Assembly: GCA_017560145.1 (NCBI GenBank)
Contig: JAFYON010000047.1
Location: 2,906 to 66,905, forward strand
DNA from: Clostridia bacterium
Lineage (GTDB): Bacteria > Bacillota > Clostridia > Oscillospirales > CAG-382
Length of the DNA stretch: 64,000 bases
Direction of reading: 5' to 3'
Part shown: in pieces, positions 45,410 to 54,669 of the stretch
Numbering within the stretch: the first letter of the stretch is position 1
How the letters are laid out: each line of letters begins with the position of its first letter
Notes under the pieces: model-generated
Database searches by the model: none
What the model saw: only the letters and a program-made list of their open reading frames with translations
Told to the model about the DNA's origin: nothing
Translations under genes and position numbers: made by a program

Positions 45410-46157
45410 ATTCTTCTTCTCTTGTAAACTGATAAATGTCGCAAGGCACAAATTTGCTTACCGTTTCGGCAAGTGCGGGGACAATAATCCTCTCTGTCGC
45501 ATAGTGAGTGCCGCAGATAAGATTCAATCCCAATTCCTTGCAGTCAATCATGTGGTTATGCATAACCTCGCCCGTGACAAAAGTATCCGCACCTGCTTTG
45601 AGTGCTTCGCCGATTTCGTCCTTGCCGCTTCCCGAAACCACCGCAACACGAGAAACTGTGTCGCTCGCCTTGACCATAGGCATAGAATTGATATCGAGCT
45701 TCAAAAGCTTTGCAACCTTTTCGGCAAATTCAGAAAAGCTTTGCTTATCGACGTCACCGATTCTACCATAGGGGATAAAGCTTTCGACGTTTTTAAGCCC
45801 CAGCACAACAGATGCCAAGAAATCGTTGACGCCGCCTTCGATTATATCAAGACGGGTATGGAACGACACCACCGCGATACCGCTTTTGATACATTCGATA
45901 ACGCGTTTTCCCACGCTGTCGGTATAAGAAACCTCGCCCATCGGCTTGAAAACGAGTGGGTGGTGGGTGACGATGACGTTGCAACCGTTCTTTTTGGCGA
46001 TATCAATAGCGACACTCGTGCAATCGAGTGCACAAAGAACGCGAGCGACCTCCATATCCTTTTGAGGAAGCACGTCGATGCCATCGTTATCCCACGGCTC
46101 CGAAAGGGTTTTGGGGATCATTCCGTCAAGCGCATTTATTAACTGCTCTACTGTCAT
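45399..46157 (-). CDS. Nif3-family dinuclear metal centre protein
   Basis: 252 aa. WDNDG, ITHHP and GTHYATE motifs. Confidence 0.85.
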   Translation of the reverse strand: MTVEQLINALDGMIPKTLSEPWDNDGIDVLPQKDMEVARVLCALDCTSVAIDIAKKNGCNVIVTHHPLVFKPMGEVSYTDSVGKRVIECIKSGIAVVSFHTRLDIIEGGVNDFLASVVLGLKNVESFIPYGRIGDVDKQSFSEFAEKVAKLLKLDINSMPMVKASDTVSRVAVVSGSGKDEIGEALKAGADTFVTGEVMHNHMIDCKELGLNLICGTHYATERIIVPALAETVSKFVPCDIYQFTREEEYGI

Positions 46158-46209
46158 TTTCTTTCTCCGAATTTCAAATTAAGGGGTATCGTTCGATACC
46201 CCTTAAATC

Positions 46210-47145
46210 TTATTTTTTAAGCAATTTTTTTACCTTTTCGACAATGCCGTTTGCATTAAGACCGTAGTGCTCCAAAAGAACGCCTGCGGGTGCGCTCGTG
46301 CCGAAAACGTCTTCGATACCGTGTTTAACGACCTTTGCGCAAGCACTTTCGGAAAGTGCGGAAATAACCGCATCGCCAAGACCGCCGATTACAGAATGCT
46401 CTTCGCTGGTAACCACGTTGCCGGTCTTTTCTGCGTATTCCTTGATAAGATCAACGTCAAGAGGCTTAACGGTGTGGATATCGATAACAGCCGCGTCGAT
46501 GCCATCTTCTGCAAGGATAGCACGAGCTTCCATAGCAGCGGCAACCATAATACCGGTTGCAACGATGGTTACGTCCTTACCGTCGGCAAGAACGATACCC
46601 TTACCAAGCTTGAATTCCTGCTCGCCCTTGGTGTAAAACTGAGGAACCGCATATCTGCCCAGACGCATATAAACGGGGCCGTCGAACTTAACGATCTCTT
46701 CAAGAAGCGCTTCGGTAGAAGCCGAGTCTGCAGGGCAAACAACGGTCATATTGGGAAGCGCACGCATAATTGCCATATCCTCGCAGAACTGGTGGGTAGC
46801 ACCGTCTTCGCCAACGGTAACACCTGCGTGAGATGCGCAGATCTTAACAGGGAGCTGAGGATATGCAACCGAGTTGCGGATCTGTTCAAACGCTCTGCCG
46901 CATGCAAACATTGCAAAAGAGGATGCAAATGCGGGAACACCGGTAGCAGCAATACCTGCCGCAACCGAGATCATATTGCCTTCTGCGATACCGCAGTTGA
47001 AAAAGCGTTCGGGATATTTTTTTGCAAATACTGCAGTTTGTGTCGAGCCAGAAAGGTCGGCGTCGAGCACGTAAAAATCATATTTTTCGCCGAGCTCGGT
47101 AAGCTTTCTACCGTACGCGACTCTGGTTGCTTCTTTTTCAGCCAT
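46210..47145 (-). CDS. Transketolase, C-terminal (pyrimidine-binding) subunit
   Basis: 311 aa. GIAEGNMISVAAG and EDGATHQ motifs. Overlaps the N-terminal subunit gene by 8 nt. Confidence 0.9.
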   Translation of the reverse strand: MAEKEATRVAYGRKLTELGEKYDFYVLDADLSGSTQTAVFAKKYPERFFNCGIAEGNMISVAAGIAATGVPAFASSFAMFACGRAFEQIRNSVAYPQLPVKICASHAGVTVGEDGATHQFCEDMAIMRALPNMTVVCPADSASTEALLEEIVKFDGPVYMRLGRYAVPQFYTKGEQEFKLGKGIVLADGKDVTIVATGIMVAAAMEARAILAEDGIDAAVIDIHTVKPLDVDLIKEYAEKTGNVVTSEEHSVIGGLGDAVISALSESACAKVVKHGIEDVFGTSAPAGVLLEHYGLNANGIVEKVKKLLKK

Positions 47146-47992
47146 TTTTAACGTCCTCCTCTGCCTTTACCCAAGCATCGTAAAGCTCTTTTCTTGCAAT
47201 TTCATATTCATCATCCTTGGGAGCCTTGCCGTGCCAAGTATAATTGTTTTCCATAAAGGAAACGCCCTTGCCCTTAACGGTGTTGCAAATGATTGCCGCA
47301 GGCTTGCCGCAAGCAAGTGCCGCGTTAACGGCGTTGTCGATAGCTTCAAAATCGTGGCCGTCGATCACCTGAACGAACCAGCCGAATGCCTTGAACTTTT
47401 CGTCAACGGGGTGGGGGTTCATAACGTCGCTTACCGCACCGTCGATCTGATAACCGTTGCAGTCGATAAACGCGATAATATTATCAAGTCCGTACATGTT
47501 TGCGAACATTGCCGCTTCCCAAACCTGACCTTCTTCGATCTCACCGTCGCCGAGCGCGGTGTAAACCTTCCAGTCATAGCCCTTGCGCTTTGCAACGGCA
47601 GCCATACCGCAAGCGGTGGAGAAGCCCTGTCCGAGGGAGCCGGTGGACATATCGATACCGGGGATGCCCTTCATATCGGGGTGGCCCTGAAGCATTGCGC
47701 CCAATTTGCGAAGCTTCTTAAGCTCTTCAACATCGAAATAGCCCTTTTCTGCCAATGCAGCATAAAGTGCAGGACAGCAGTGACCCTTGGAAAGAACGAA
47801 TCTGTCGCGGTCTTCCTTTTGGGGATCCTTGGGGTCGATGTTCATCTTGTGGAAATAGAGATAGGCAACTACGTCTGCAATAGACAGAGATCCGCCCGGA
47901 TGGCCGCTTTTTGCACCGTATACCGCGTCGACAGAATGAATTCTGATCTTAGCGGCTCTTTCTTTCAGCGTGAGGAGAGTTCTTTTTTCCAT
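47138..47992 (-). CDS. Transketolase, N-terminal (TPP-binding) subunit
   Basis: GHPGGSLS and GDGEIEEGQVWEA motifs. ATG at 47992 has better RBS spacing (AAAGGA) than the one at 47998. Confidence 0.9.
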   Translation of the reverse strand: MEKRTLLTLKERAAKIRIHSVDAVYGAKSGHPGGSLSIADVVAYLYFHKMNIDPKDPQKEDRDRFVLSKGHCCPALYAALAEKGYFDVEELKKLRKLGAMLQGHPDMKGIPGIDMSTGSLGQGFSTACGMAAVAKRKGYDWKVYTALGDGEIEEGQVWEAAMFANMYGLDNIIAFIDCNGYQIDGAVSDVMNPHPVDEKFKAFGWFVQVIDGHDFEAIDNAVNAALACGKPAAIICNTVKGKGVSFMENNYTWHGKAPKDDEYEIARKELYDAWVKAEEDVKNG

Positions 47993-48009
47993 AATCATTT
48001 CCTTTCTGA

Positions 48010-48927
48010 CTAAAGCCCGGCGCGGCGTAGCGCATCGCTGAAATACGCAGGCCTTGCCGCTTCAAACGTCATGGTCTCACCCGTTATCGGATGGACAAAA
48101 GATATGTATTTCGCGAACAGACATTGACCTTCCATGCCAAGCCTGTAACGTGCGTTTCCATATACCGTATCTCCTGCGACGGGATGTCCGATATATGCCA
48201 TATGCACCCTGATCTGATGGGTGCGGCCCGTTTCGAGCGTGAGCTCTAAATGGGTGTATTCCCTGCTTTCGGCAATCACGCGGTAATGCGTTATCGCCTC
48301 CTTGGAATTCTGTGCGGTGACCGCCATTTTCTTGCGATCGGTCTTGTGACGTCCTATCGGCGCGTTCACGGTTCCGCTTTCTTCCTTCAAATGACCGCCG
48401 ATTATCGCTTCATACTTTCGCGTAAAGGAATGAACGGCGATCTGCTCGGCAAGGCCTTGATGCGCTTCATCGGTCTTTGCGACTATAAGCAAGCCCGAGG
48501 TATCCTTGTCGATACGGTGTACGATCCCGGGGCGTATAACTCCGTTTATCGACGAAAGTCTGCCCTTACAATGGTAAAGCAGGGCGTTTACCAAGGTATT
48601 GTCGGGGTTGCCTGCGGCAGGGTGCACCACCATACCGCGCGGCTTATCCACCACGAGGAGATATTCATCCTCGTAGATTATATCGATTGGAATGTTTTGA
48701 GGGACCGCCTCAAGCTCGCGCTCGGGCGGAAGCTCGATCTCCAAAGAATCGCCGACAGAAAGCAAAAGCTTTTTTTCGCACCTTTTGCCGTTCACGGTGA
48801 TCTTTCCTTCGGAAATAAGCTCCTGCGCTCTTGCGCGGCTTATTTCGAAAACACGTGACGCCAAAACGTCCAATCGGCATTTTTCTTCGGTATCCTGCAA
48901 AGTAACGGTGTAATTATCCATTTTCAC
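48010..48927 (-). CDS. rluD: 23S rRNA pseudouridine synthase RluD family
   Basis: 305 aa. S4 domain plus HRIDKDTSGLL catalytic motif. Confidence 0.9.
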   Translation of the reverse strand: MKMDNYTVTLQDTEEKCRLDVLASRVFEISRARAQELISEGKITVNGKRCEKKLLLSVGDSLEIELPPERELEAVPQNIPIDIIYEDEYLLVVDKPRGMVVHPAAGNPDNTLVNALLYHCKGRLSSINGVIRPGIVHRIDKDTSGLLIVAKTDEAHQGLAEQIAVHSFTRKYEAIIGGHLKEESGTVNAPIGRHKTDRKKMAVTAQNSKEAITHYRVIAESREYTHLELTLETGRTHQIRVHMAYIGHPVAGDTVYGNARYRLGMEGQCLFAKYISFVHPITGETMTFEAARPAYFSDALRRAGL

Positions 48928-49531
48928 TGTTTTCCTCGGAGGACGTTATTTCTGCTTTTACGGCTTCTTCGGTCTTTTCCTCGGTTATAGGCTCTGCCTT
49001 TTCATCGGTTACGGGAGCAACCGTTTCTGCCGTTGCACATTCGGTTGCGGCTGCAAGAGCGGCCTTTTCTGCCTTAAGACGTTTTTCGACTCTCGGCTCG
49101 AAAAAGATAACGTATACGCCAAGCAACACCGCACCGACCGTAATAAAGCAATCGGCAACGTTAAACACGGCAAAATCCATAAACTCGGTTTTAAAGAAGT
49201 CCACAACGTAGCCAAGACGGATGCGGTCGATCATATTGCCGATACCGCCGCCAAGCACCATTGCAAGCGCTATATTGAGAAGCCTATGGCGTTTATATTC
49301 CTTAACGAGCATAAAGATGATCAAGCCCATCGAAATGAAGGAAAACACCATATATACCCAACGCTGGTCCGAAAACATCGAAAAGGCGGCACCCGTATTT
49401 CTGGTATGGAAAAAGCTCATAAATCCGGGAATAAAGGGCACCGAGCCCTTATATTCGATATTTGCAACAACGATATATTTCGTTACCTGATCGGCGATTA
49501 TCGCTAAGACCGCGATAACAGCTGCTAACAT
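48914..49531 (-). CDS. lspA: Lipoprotein signal peptidase II
   Basis: LspA core (NTGAAFS, GGGIGNMIDR, FNVAD) with an extended acidic C-terminus. Confidence 0.85.
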   Translation of the reverse strand: MLAAVIAVLAIIADQVTKYIVVANIEYKGSVPFIPGFMSFFHTRNTGAAFSMFSDQRWVYMVFSFISMGLIIFMLVKEYKRHRLLNIALAMVLGGGIGNMIDRIRLGYVVDFFKTEFMDFAVFNVADCFITVGAVLLGVYVIFFEPRVEKRLKAEKAALAAATECATAETVAPVTDEKAEPITEEKTEEAVKAEITSSEENSENG

Positions 49532-52329
49532 ATTGCTTTACGGCAGCGTGCGCAAAGGTGCTGACCGTCCTCATCGACAGTGCAATCGTCCTTGTGCATC
49601 CAGCAACGAACGCACTTTTCACCCTCTGCAACGGCAACAACGACGGAAATGCCGGTTTCTTCGTCGTAATACGCACCCTCGGGAGCGTTTTCATCCGAAA
49701 GCTCAACCTTGCTTACGATGAAAATGTCGGGAAGGATCGATTCGAATTCACGGAAGAGGTTCATCGCTTCGCTGCCTGCCTTTGCATAGATAGCAACGCT
49801 CGCCTCGAGCGATTTACCGATCGCCTTGTCTGCTCTTGCAAGCTCAAGCGCCTTCATAACGCCATCGCGCAAGGTAAAGAGCGATTCGTATTTTGCTTCG
49901 ATTTCCGCAAAATCGTATTTTGCTTCAAAGGAAGGCATATCGTTGCAGAATACGCTTTCAACGTCGTCTGTAGCTGTATGGCTGATGAAGCTCCAGGTTT
50001 CTTCTGCGGTGAAGGAGAGGATAGGCGCGAGCAATCTTGTAAGAGCGCTTGCGATTACGTACATAGCGGTCTGAGTGCTGCGGCGTGCAGGATCGTTCTT
50101 CGCTTCACAGTAGAGTCTGTCCTTGGTGATGTCGATATAAAGCTTCGACATATCGATAGAGCAGAAATTATGAATTTCGTGATATACGATATGGAACTGA
50201 TAATTATCGTAAGCCTCGCGAACGCGCTTAACGAGCTTGTTAAGTCGCGAAAGTGCCCACTTATCGATATCGGTAAGATTTTCGGGCGCTACCATATCCT
50301 TGTTGGGATCGAAATCGTTTTCGGCAGAGCCGAGGTTTGCCAAAAGGATACGGAGAGTGTTTCTGAGCTTACGGTAGGATTCGGAAAGCTGTTTGAAGAT
50401 TTCCTTCGAGCAACGAACGTCCGCGTGATAGTCGGAGGATGCCGCCCAAAGACGAACGATATCGGCACCGAAATCCTTGATAAGGTCTGCAGGGTCAACA
50501 CCGTTGCCAAGGCTCTTGTGCATTGCACGGCCCTGACCGTCAACTACCCAACCGTGAGTCAATACCTGCTTGAAGGGAGCGCCCTTGTCAAGCGCGCCGA
50601 CAGAGGTAAGAAGACTCGACTGGAACCAGCCGCGGTATTGGTCTGCACCTTCAAGATATACGTCTGCGGGCCAGAGATCGGGGGTGTCCTTCATAAGAGA
50701 AGCGAAGTGAGTCGAGCCCGAGTCGAACCAGCAGTCGAGAGTATCGGTTTCCTTTTCGAAGGTCTTGCCGCCGCAATGAGGACAGGTAAAGCCTTCGGGG
50801 ATAAGCTCTGTAACGTCGCGTTCGAACCAAGCGTTCGAGCCGAATTCGTCGAAGAGAGCCGAAATTTTATCGATAGATTCGGGAGTGGAAACAGGCTTGC
50901 CGCACTCCTGACAGTAGAACACGGGAATGGGAAGACCCCAACGGCGCTGACGCGAAATACACCAGTCGGCTCTTTCACGGATCATGCTGACCATTCTGTC
51001 CTCGCCCCATGCAGGGAACCACTGAACGTTTTCGATCGCCTTGATAGCCTGATCCTTGAAGGATTCAACCGAGCAGAACCACTGAGGAGTTGCACGGAAG
51101 ATGACCGGCTTTTTGCAGCGGTCGTGGTGAGGATAGGAGTGCATAATGCTTTCGGATGCGAACAATGCGCCCGATTCTCTCATATCCTCAAGGATTATGG
51201 GATTGGATTCCTCGGTCTTGAGGCCTGCATATTTACCTGCATAATCGGTGTGCTTGCCGTAATCGTCAACGGGAACGACAAGATCCATACCGTATCTCAT
51301 ACAGGTCTGATAGTCGTCTGCACCGAAGCCGGGAGCGGTATGAACGCAGCCGGTACCGCTGTCCATAGTAACGTATTCGGCATAAACAAGGCGCGAGGTC
51401 TTGTCGAGGAAGGGGTGCGAGGCGAGCATATTTTCAAAGAATTCGCCGGGGAAGGTTGCAAGAATCTCGTAATTTTCAAATCCGCCTACCTTCATGGTCT
51501 TTTCGGCGAGCGCCTCCGCCATAATATAGGTTTCTCCGTTTTCTGCCTTTACGAGCACGTAGCTTTCACGCGGGTGCAAGCAGATCGCCATATTACCGGG
51601 GAGGGTCCAAATGGTGGTGGTCCAGATAACGAAATATGTGTTTTCAAGGTCAAATCCTGCAAGCTTGCCGTTATCGTCCTTGATCTTGAATTTAACGTAC
51701 ACAGAGGTACAGGGATCGTCGTGATATTCGATATCCGCCTCGGCAACCGCGGTTGCACAGAAGGGACACCAGGTTACGGGCTTCAAGCCCTTGTAGATAT
51801 AGCCCTTGTCGAACATTGCGCCGAAGATCTTAACCTCTTGCGCTTCGAAGTGCTTATCCATCGTGCGATAGGGAGCATCCCAATCGCCGACAACACCCAA
51901 ACGTCTAAAGCCTGCCATTTGCTTTTGGATAAAGTCCTCTGCAAAATCCTCGCAAGCCTTTCTGAATTCGGGAACGGTCATATCCTTGTTAAGGTCTTTT
52001 TTGGTCTTTTCGATAGCTCTTTCGATAGGAAGACCGTGGTTGTCCCAACCGGGAACGTAGGGGGTGTAATGTCCGCTCATCGCCTTGGACTTGACGATAA
52101 AGTCCTTGAGCACCTTGTTAAGAGCGTGTCCCATATGGATAAAGCCGTTGGAGAAGGGAGGGCCGTCGTGAAGAACGAAGGGAGTTTTGCCCTCGTTCTT
52201 TTTGAGAAGCTTTTTATAAAGCTCCTCCTCGTTCCAGCGGTTAAGTGTTTCGGGCTCCTTTGTGGGGAGGTTGCCTCTCATCGGGAAATCGGTGACAGGC
52301 AAATTAAGTGTATCCTTGTAGTCCTTCAT
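49525..52329 (-). CDS. ileS: Isoleucine--tRNA ligase
   Basis: 934 aa. MKDYKDTLNLPVTDFPMRGNL N-terminus, HMGH (HIGH) and KMHKSLGN (KMSKS) motifs, C-terminal Zn-finger cysteines. Confidence 0.95.
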   Translation of the reverse strand: MKDYKDTLNLPVTDFPMRGNLPTKEPETLNRWNEEELYKKLLKKNEGKTPFVLHDGPPFSNGFIHMGHALNKVLKDFIVKSKAMSGHYTPYVPGWDNHGLPIERAIEKTKKDLNKDMTVPEFRKACEDFAEDFIQKQMAGFRRLGVVGDWDAPYRTMDKHFEAQEVKIFGAMFDKGYIYKGLKPVTWCPFCATAVAEADIEYHDDPCTSVYVKFKIKDDNGKLAGFDLENTYFVIWTTTIWTLPGNMAICLHPRESYVLVKAENGETYIMAEALAEKTMKVGGFENYEILATFPGEFFENMLASHPFLDKTSRLVYAEYVTMDSGTGCVHTAPGFGADDYQTCMRYGMDLVVPVDDYGKHTDYAGKYAGLKTEESNPIILEDMRESGALFASESIMHSYPHHDRCKKPVIFRATPQWFCSVESFKDQAIKAIENVQWFPAWGEDRMVSMIRERADWCISRQRRWGLPIPVFYCQECGKPVSTPESIDKISALFDEFGSNAWFERDVTELIPEGFTCPHCGGKTFEKETDTLDCWFDSGSTHFASLMKDTPDLWPADVYLEGADQYRGWFQSSLLTSVGALDKGAPFKQVLTHGWVVDGQGRAMHKSLGNGVDPADLIKDFGADIVRLWAASSDYHADVRCSKEIFKQLSESYRKLRNTLRILLANLGSAENDFDPNKDMVAPENLTDIDKWALSRLNKLVKRVREAYDNYQFHIVYHEIHNFCSIDMSKLYIDITKDRLYCEAKNDPARRSTQTAMYVIASALTRLLAPILSFTAEETWSFISHTATDDVESVFCNDMPSFEAKYDFAEIEAKYESLFTLRDGVMKALELARADKAIGKSLEASVAIYAKAGSEAMNLFREFESILPDIFIVSKVELSDENAPEGAYYDEETGISVVVAVAEGEKCVRCWMHKDDCTVDEDGQHLCARCRKAIC

Positions 52330-52358
52330 TGTCGTATTAAAAAAGCGTTTTGCCGATA

Positions 52359-53087
52359 TTATTCGGGTTTGCTTTCTCCCATCATGTATTTAAGATATTC
52401 ATCCTCTGCGTTTTTTGCTTCGGCAGAGAGCACGGGTTGATCTTCAAGTTTAACCTCGGCAATTTCCTCTTTTGCTTCGGGGGCTTCGGTCTCTTCGATC
52501 ACATCGGCAAAATGCGGTTCCTCGTTCTTCAATTCGCGAACGTTCTTTCTGCGTTCGGTCTCCTCTTCGATTCTTGTTTTTACGTCGTTGAAGATGCCTG
52601 CAACCAAAACGTCGTCGTTGGGAAGAACGATATCCTCGATTTCGTTAACCGAAAGATCCTTAAGCTCGGCAATGTGCGTGCCGTAAAGCTCGTAAAGCTG
52701 CTTTTTGAAGTCGATTATGCGGGTACGCATAACCCAAGCCTTTTCCTTTTCGGCTTGGAGCTGTTGGCGGAATTCCGCAATAACGCCGTCGCAACGGTCC
52801 TTGATGGCGCCGGTGATTATATCGGCGCGGTCGTTTGCGTCGGCAATGATCTTTTCCGCCATCTTCTGAGCGGAAATAAGCGTACTGCGGATCGATTCCT
52901 CCTCGTCCTTGATTTCGTCGAGGTTGGTAACAACGATGCGAAGCTTACGCTCGAGCTCGTTGTTTTCACGGTATGCTTCGGTGTATTTTTCGAGAACGAA
53001 TTCAAGATATTCGTCTACTTCCTGAGGATTGTAGCCCTTGAAGCTTTTTTGAAACTGTTTATTTTTCAATTCGTGCGGTGCTAACAT
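52359..53087 (-). CDS. divIVA: DivIVA-domain cell division protein
   Basis: LAPHELKNKQFQKSFKGYNPQEVDEYL is the DivIVA N-terminal lipid-binding domain. The remainder is coiled coil. Confidence 0.85.
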   Translation of the reverse strand: MLAPHELKNKQFQKSFKGYNPQEVDEYLEFVLEKYTEAYRENNELERKLRIVVTNLDEIKDEEESIRSTLISAQKMAEKIIADANDRADIITGAIKDRCDGVIAEFRQQLQAEKEKAWVMRTRIIDFKKQLYELYGTHIAELKDLSVNEIEDIVLPNDDVLVAGIFNDVKTRIEEETERRKNVRELKNEEPHFADVIEETEAPEAKEEIAEVKLEDQPVLSAEAKNAEDEYLKYMMGESKPE

Positions 53088-53149
53088 TGCAGAGCACTCC
53101 TTTCGGTTATATATAGCGTTTTACGCTGAAAAGATCATTGCAGACAAAC

Positions 53150-53186
53150 CTGCATAATAAAGCCCAAAAGCACTACGCTTTTTGGC
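53150..53186 (-). terminator. Probable terminator after yggT
   Basis: Reverse strand: GCCAAAAAGC-GTAGT-GCTTTTGGGC followed by TTTATTA. Confidence 0.5.
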
Positions 53187-53197
53187 ATTAAAAACCG

Positions 53198-53467
53198 TTA
53201 AAGCGGTAGTGCGTCTTGAACTAATATAATTATAAGACAGGTCGCCATAAACGAAAAGTCGATAGGCGAATCCGCCAACACGGGGATATGCGAAAGCAAT
53301 CCGCGCACGGGCGAAACAATAGGCTCGGTAATAGCATAACAAAAGTTGAACGCTTTTGATTCCTCATCCGCAAAAAAGCCCAAAATGACTCTTGCAAGAA
53401 GAAGGAACATCAATATGCTGAAGAAAAGATATACCGACCGTGATACGATATAAAAAAGTGTTTCCAA
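53198..53467 (-). CDS. YggT-family membrane protein
   Basis: 89 aa with two TM helices and a YggT-like pattern (LLLARVILGF...PIVSPVR). Confidence 0.8.
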   Translation of the reverse strand: METLFYIVSRSVYLFFSILMFLLLARVILGFFADEESKAFNFCYAITEPIVSPVRGLLSHIPVLADSPIDFSFMATCLIIILVQDALPL

Positions 53468-53479
53468 ATATTATCTACC

Positions 53480-53941
53480 TTAGCGGAAAAGTTCTCTGGG
53501 CTGCTTTGCTTCCTCGGGAGCTGCGGTGTTTTCTGCCTGCTCGCCGGAAACGTCAACGTTCTTGGGAGTAACAACGTAAGTAGCGTTTGCAACCTTCTTT
53601 ACCTGACCGTCGATAGCAAAAACAACGCCGCAAAGGAAGTCGATAATTCTCTTGGTAGTTTCCTTGTTGGTTTCTTCAAGGTTGAGAACAACGGTACGTC
53701 TTGCAAGAAGATGCTCGCCGATAGCTTTAACCTCGTCGAATCTTTCGGGCTTAACGACCTTCATTTCCAACGCCGCGCCGGAAGAGATGCCGCCGGTGGG
53801 TCTGGATGCGGGAGCTGCCTTGGGTGCCTGTGCGGGAGCCGCTGCAACTACCTGTTCTTCCTCTTCATATTCTTCAAATTCTTCGTTTTCGTATTCCTCT
53901 TCGCTCTTGAAGAGATCGCCCAAGCGATTCATAAGTCCCAT
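53480..53941 (-). CDS. sepF: Cell division protein SepF
   Basis: 153 aa. Acidic N-terminal half. C-terminal SepF domain (VVKPERFDEVKAIGEHLLARRTVVLNLE). Confidence 0.85.
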   Translation of the reverse strand: MGLMNRLGDLFKSEEEYENEEFEEYEEEEQVVAAAPAQAPKAAPASRPTGGISSGAALEMKVVKPERFDEVKAIGEHLLARRTVVLNLEETNKETTKRIIDFLCGVVFAIDGQVKKVANATYVVTPKNVDVSGEQAENTAAPEEAKQPRELFR

Positions 53942-53970
53942 AGTGTGCCTCCTGAAAATATGTTTATTTT

Positions 53971-54654
53971 TTAATTATTATTATAGATTCTTTTGCCGAA
54001 AATACTGCTTCCGACACGTACCATCGTCGAGCCGCATTCCACGGCGTCGAGATAATCATCGCTCATACCAAGCGACAGTACATCCATATTACTATTATCT
54101 ACATTTTGATACGATATGTCAACAAATATTTTCCTCATTTTGCAAAAATATTCGTTATTTCCGCCCTTTTCTTCACATTTCGGCGGAATCGCCATCAAAC
54201 CCCGAAGCTTTAAGTGCGGAAGGCTGTTTAAATACCTGCAAAATTCATAAATTTCGGCAGGTGAAACGCCGGATTTCGTGATCTCATTTCCGATGTTGAC
54301 CTCGGCAAGCACCGGCATAATTATTCCGTGCTTTGCGGCTTGGCGCTCGATCTCGTCGGCTAACGAGACACGGTCCACCGAATGGATCATATCCACCTTG
54401 TCGATGATATACTTCACCTTGTTTGTCTGCAAGGCGCCGATAAAGTGGATCTCGGCCTTGTCGCGGTTTATCGAATCGTATTTTTTCAAAAGCTCGTTAA
54501 CCCGATTCTCGCCGATAAGGTCGATTCCCTGCTCCAGCGCGAAATTTATCATTTCGGGCGGAACCGTTTTCGTCGCGGCAAGAAGGCGCGCTCTGCCGTC
54601 AAGCTCGGCCTTTATCCGCGCAATGCTTTCTGCAACCTGAATTTTATCGTTCAT
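53971..54654 (-). CDS. YggS-family pyridoxal-phosphate homeostasis protein
   Basis: 227 aa. LLAATKTV (PLP lysine), HFIGALQTNK and LSLGMSDD motifs. Confidence 0.9.
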   Translation of the reverse strand: MNDKIQVAESIARIKAELDGRARLLAATKTVPPEMINFALEQGIDLIGENRVNELLKKYDSINRDKAEIHFIGALQTNKVKYIIDKVDMIHSVDRVSLADEIERQAAKHGIIMPVLAEVNIGNEITKSGVSPAEIYEFCRYLNSLPHLKLRGLMAIPPKCEEKGGNNEYFCKMRKIFVDISYQNVDNSNMDVLSLGMSDDYLDAVECGSTMVRVGSSIFGKRIYNNN

Positions 54655-54669
54655 TTTCTTTTTTCCAAA

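Noticed and set aside
46210-47992. Transketolase split into two genes, considered as a possible frameshifted pseudogene.
   Set aside because: The two halves correspond cleanly to the TPP-binding part and the pyrimidine/C-terminal part, with an 8-nt start/stop overlap. This is the common split-tkt arrangement of many anaerobes.
49558-52440. 960-aa plus-strand ORF, the longest ORF in the track.
   Set aside because: It lies exactly antisense to ileS and codon-aligned with it. Its sequence is low-complexity and Arg/Gly/Val-rich with no RBS. It stays open only because ileS avoids TTA, CTA and TCA codons. It is a shadow ORF.
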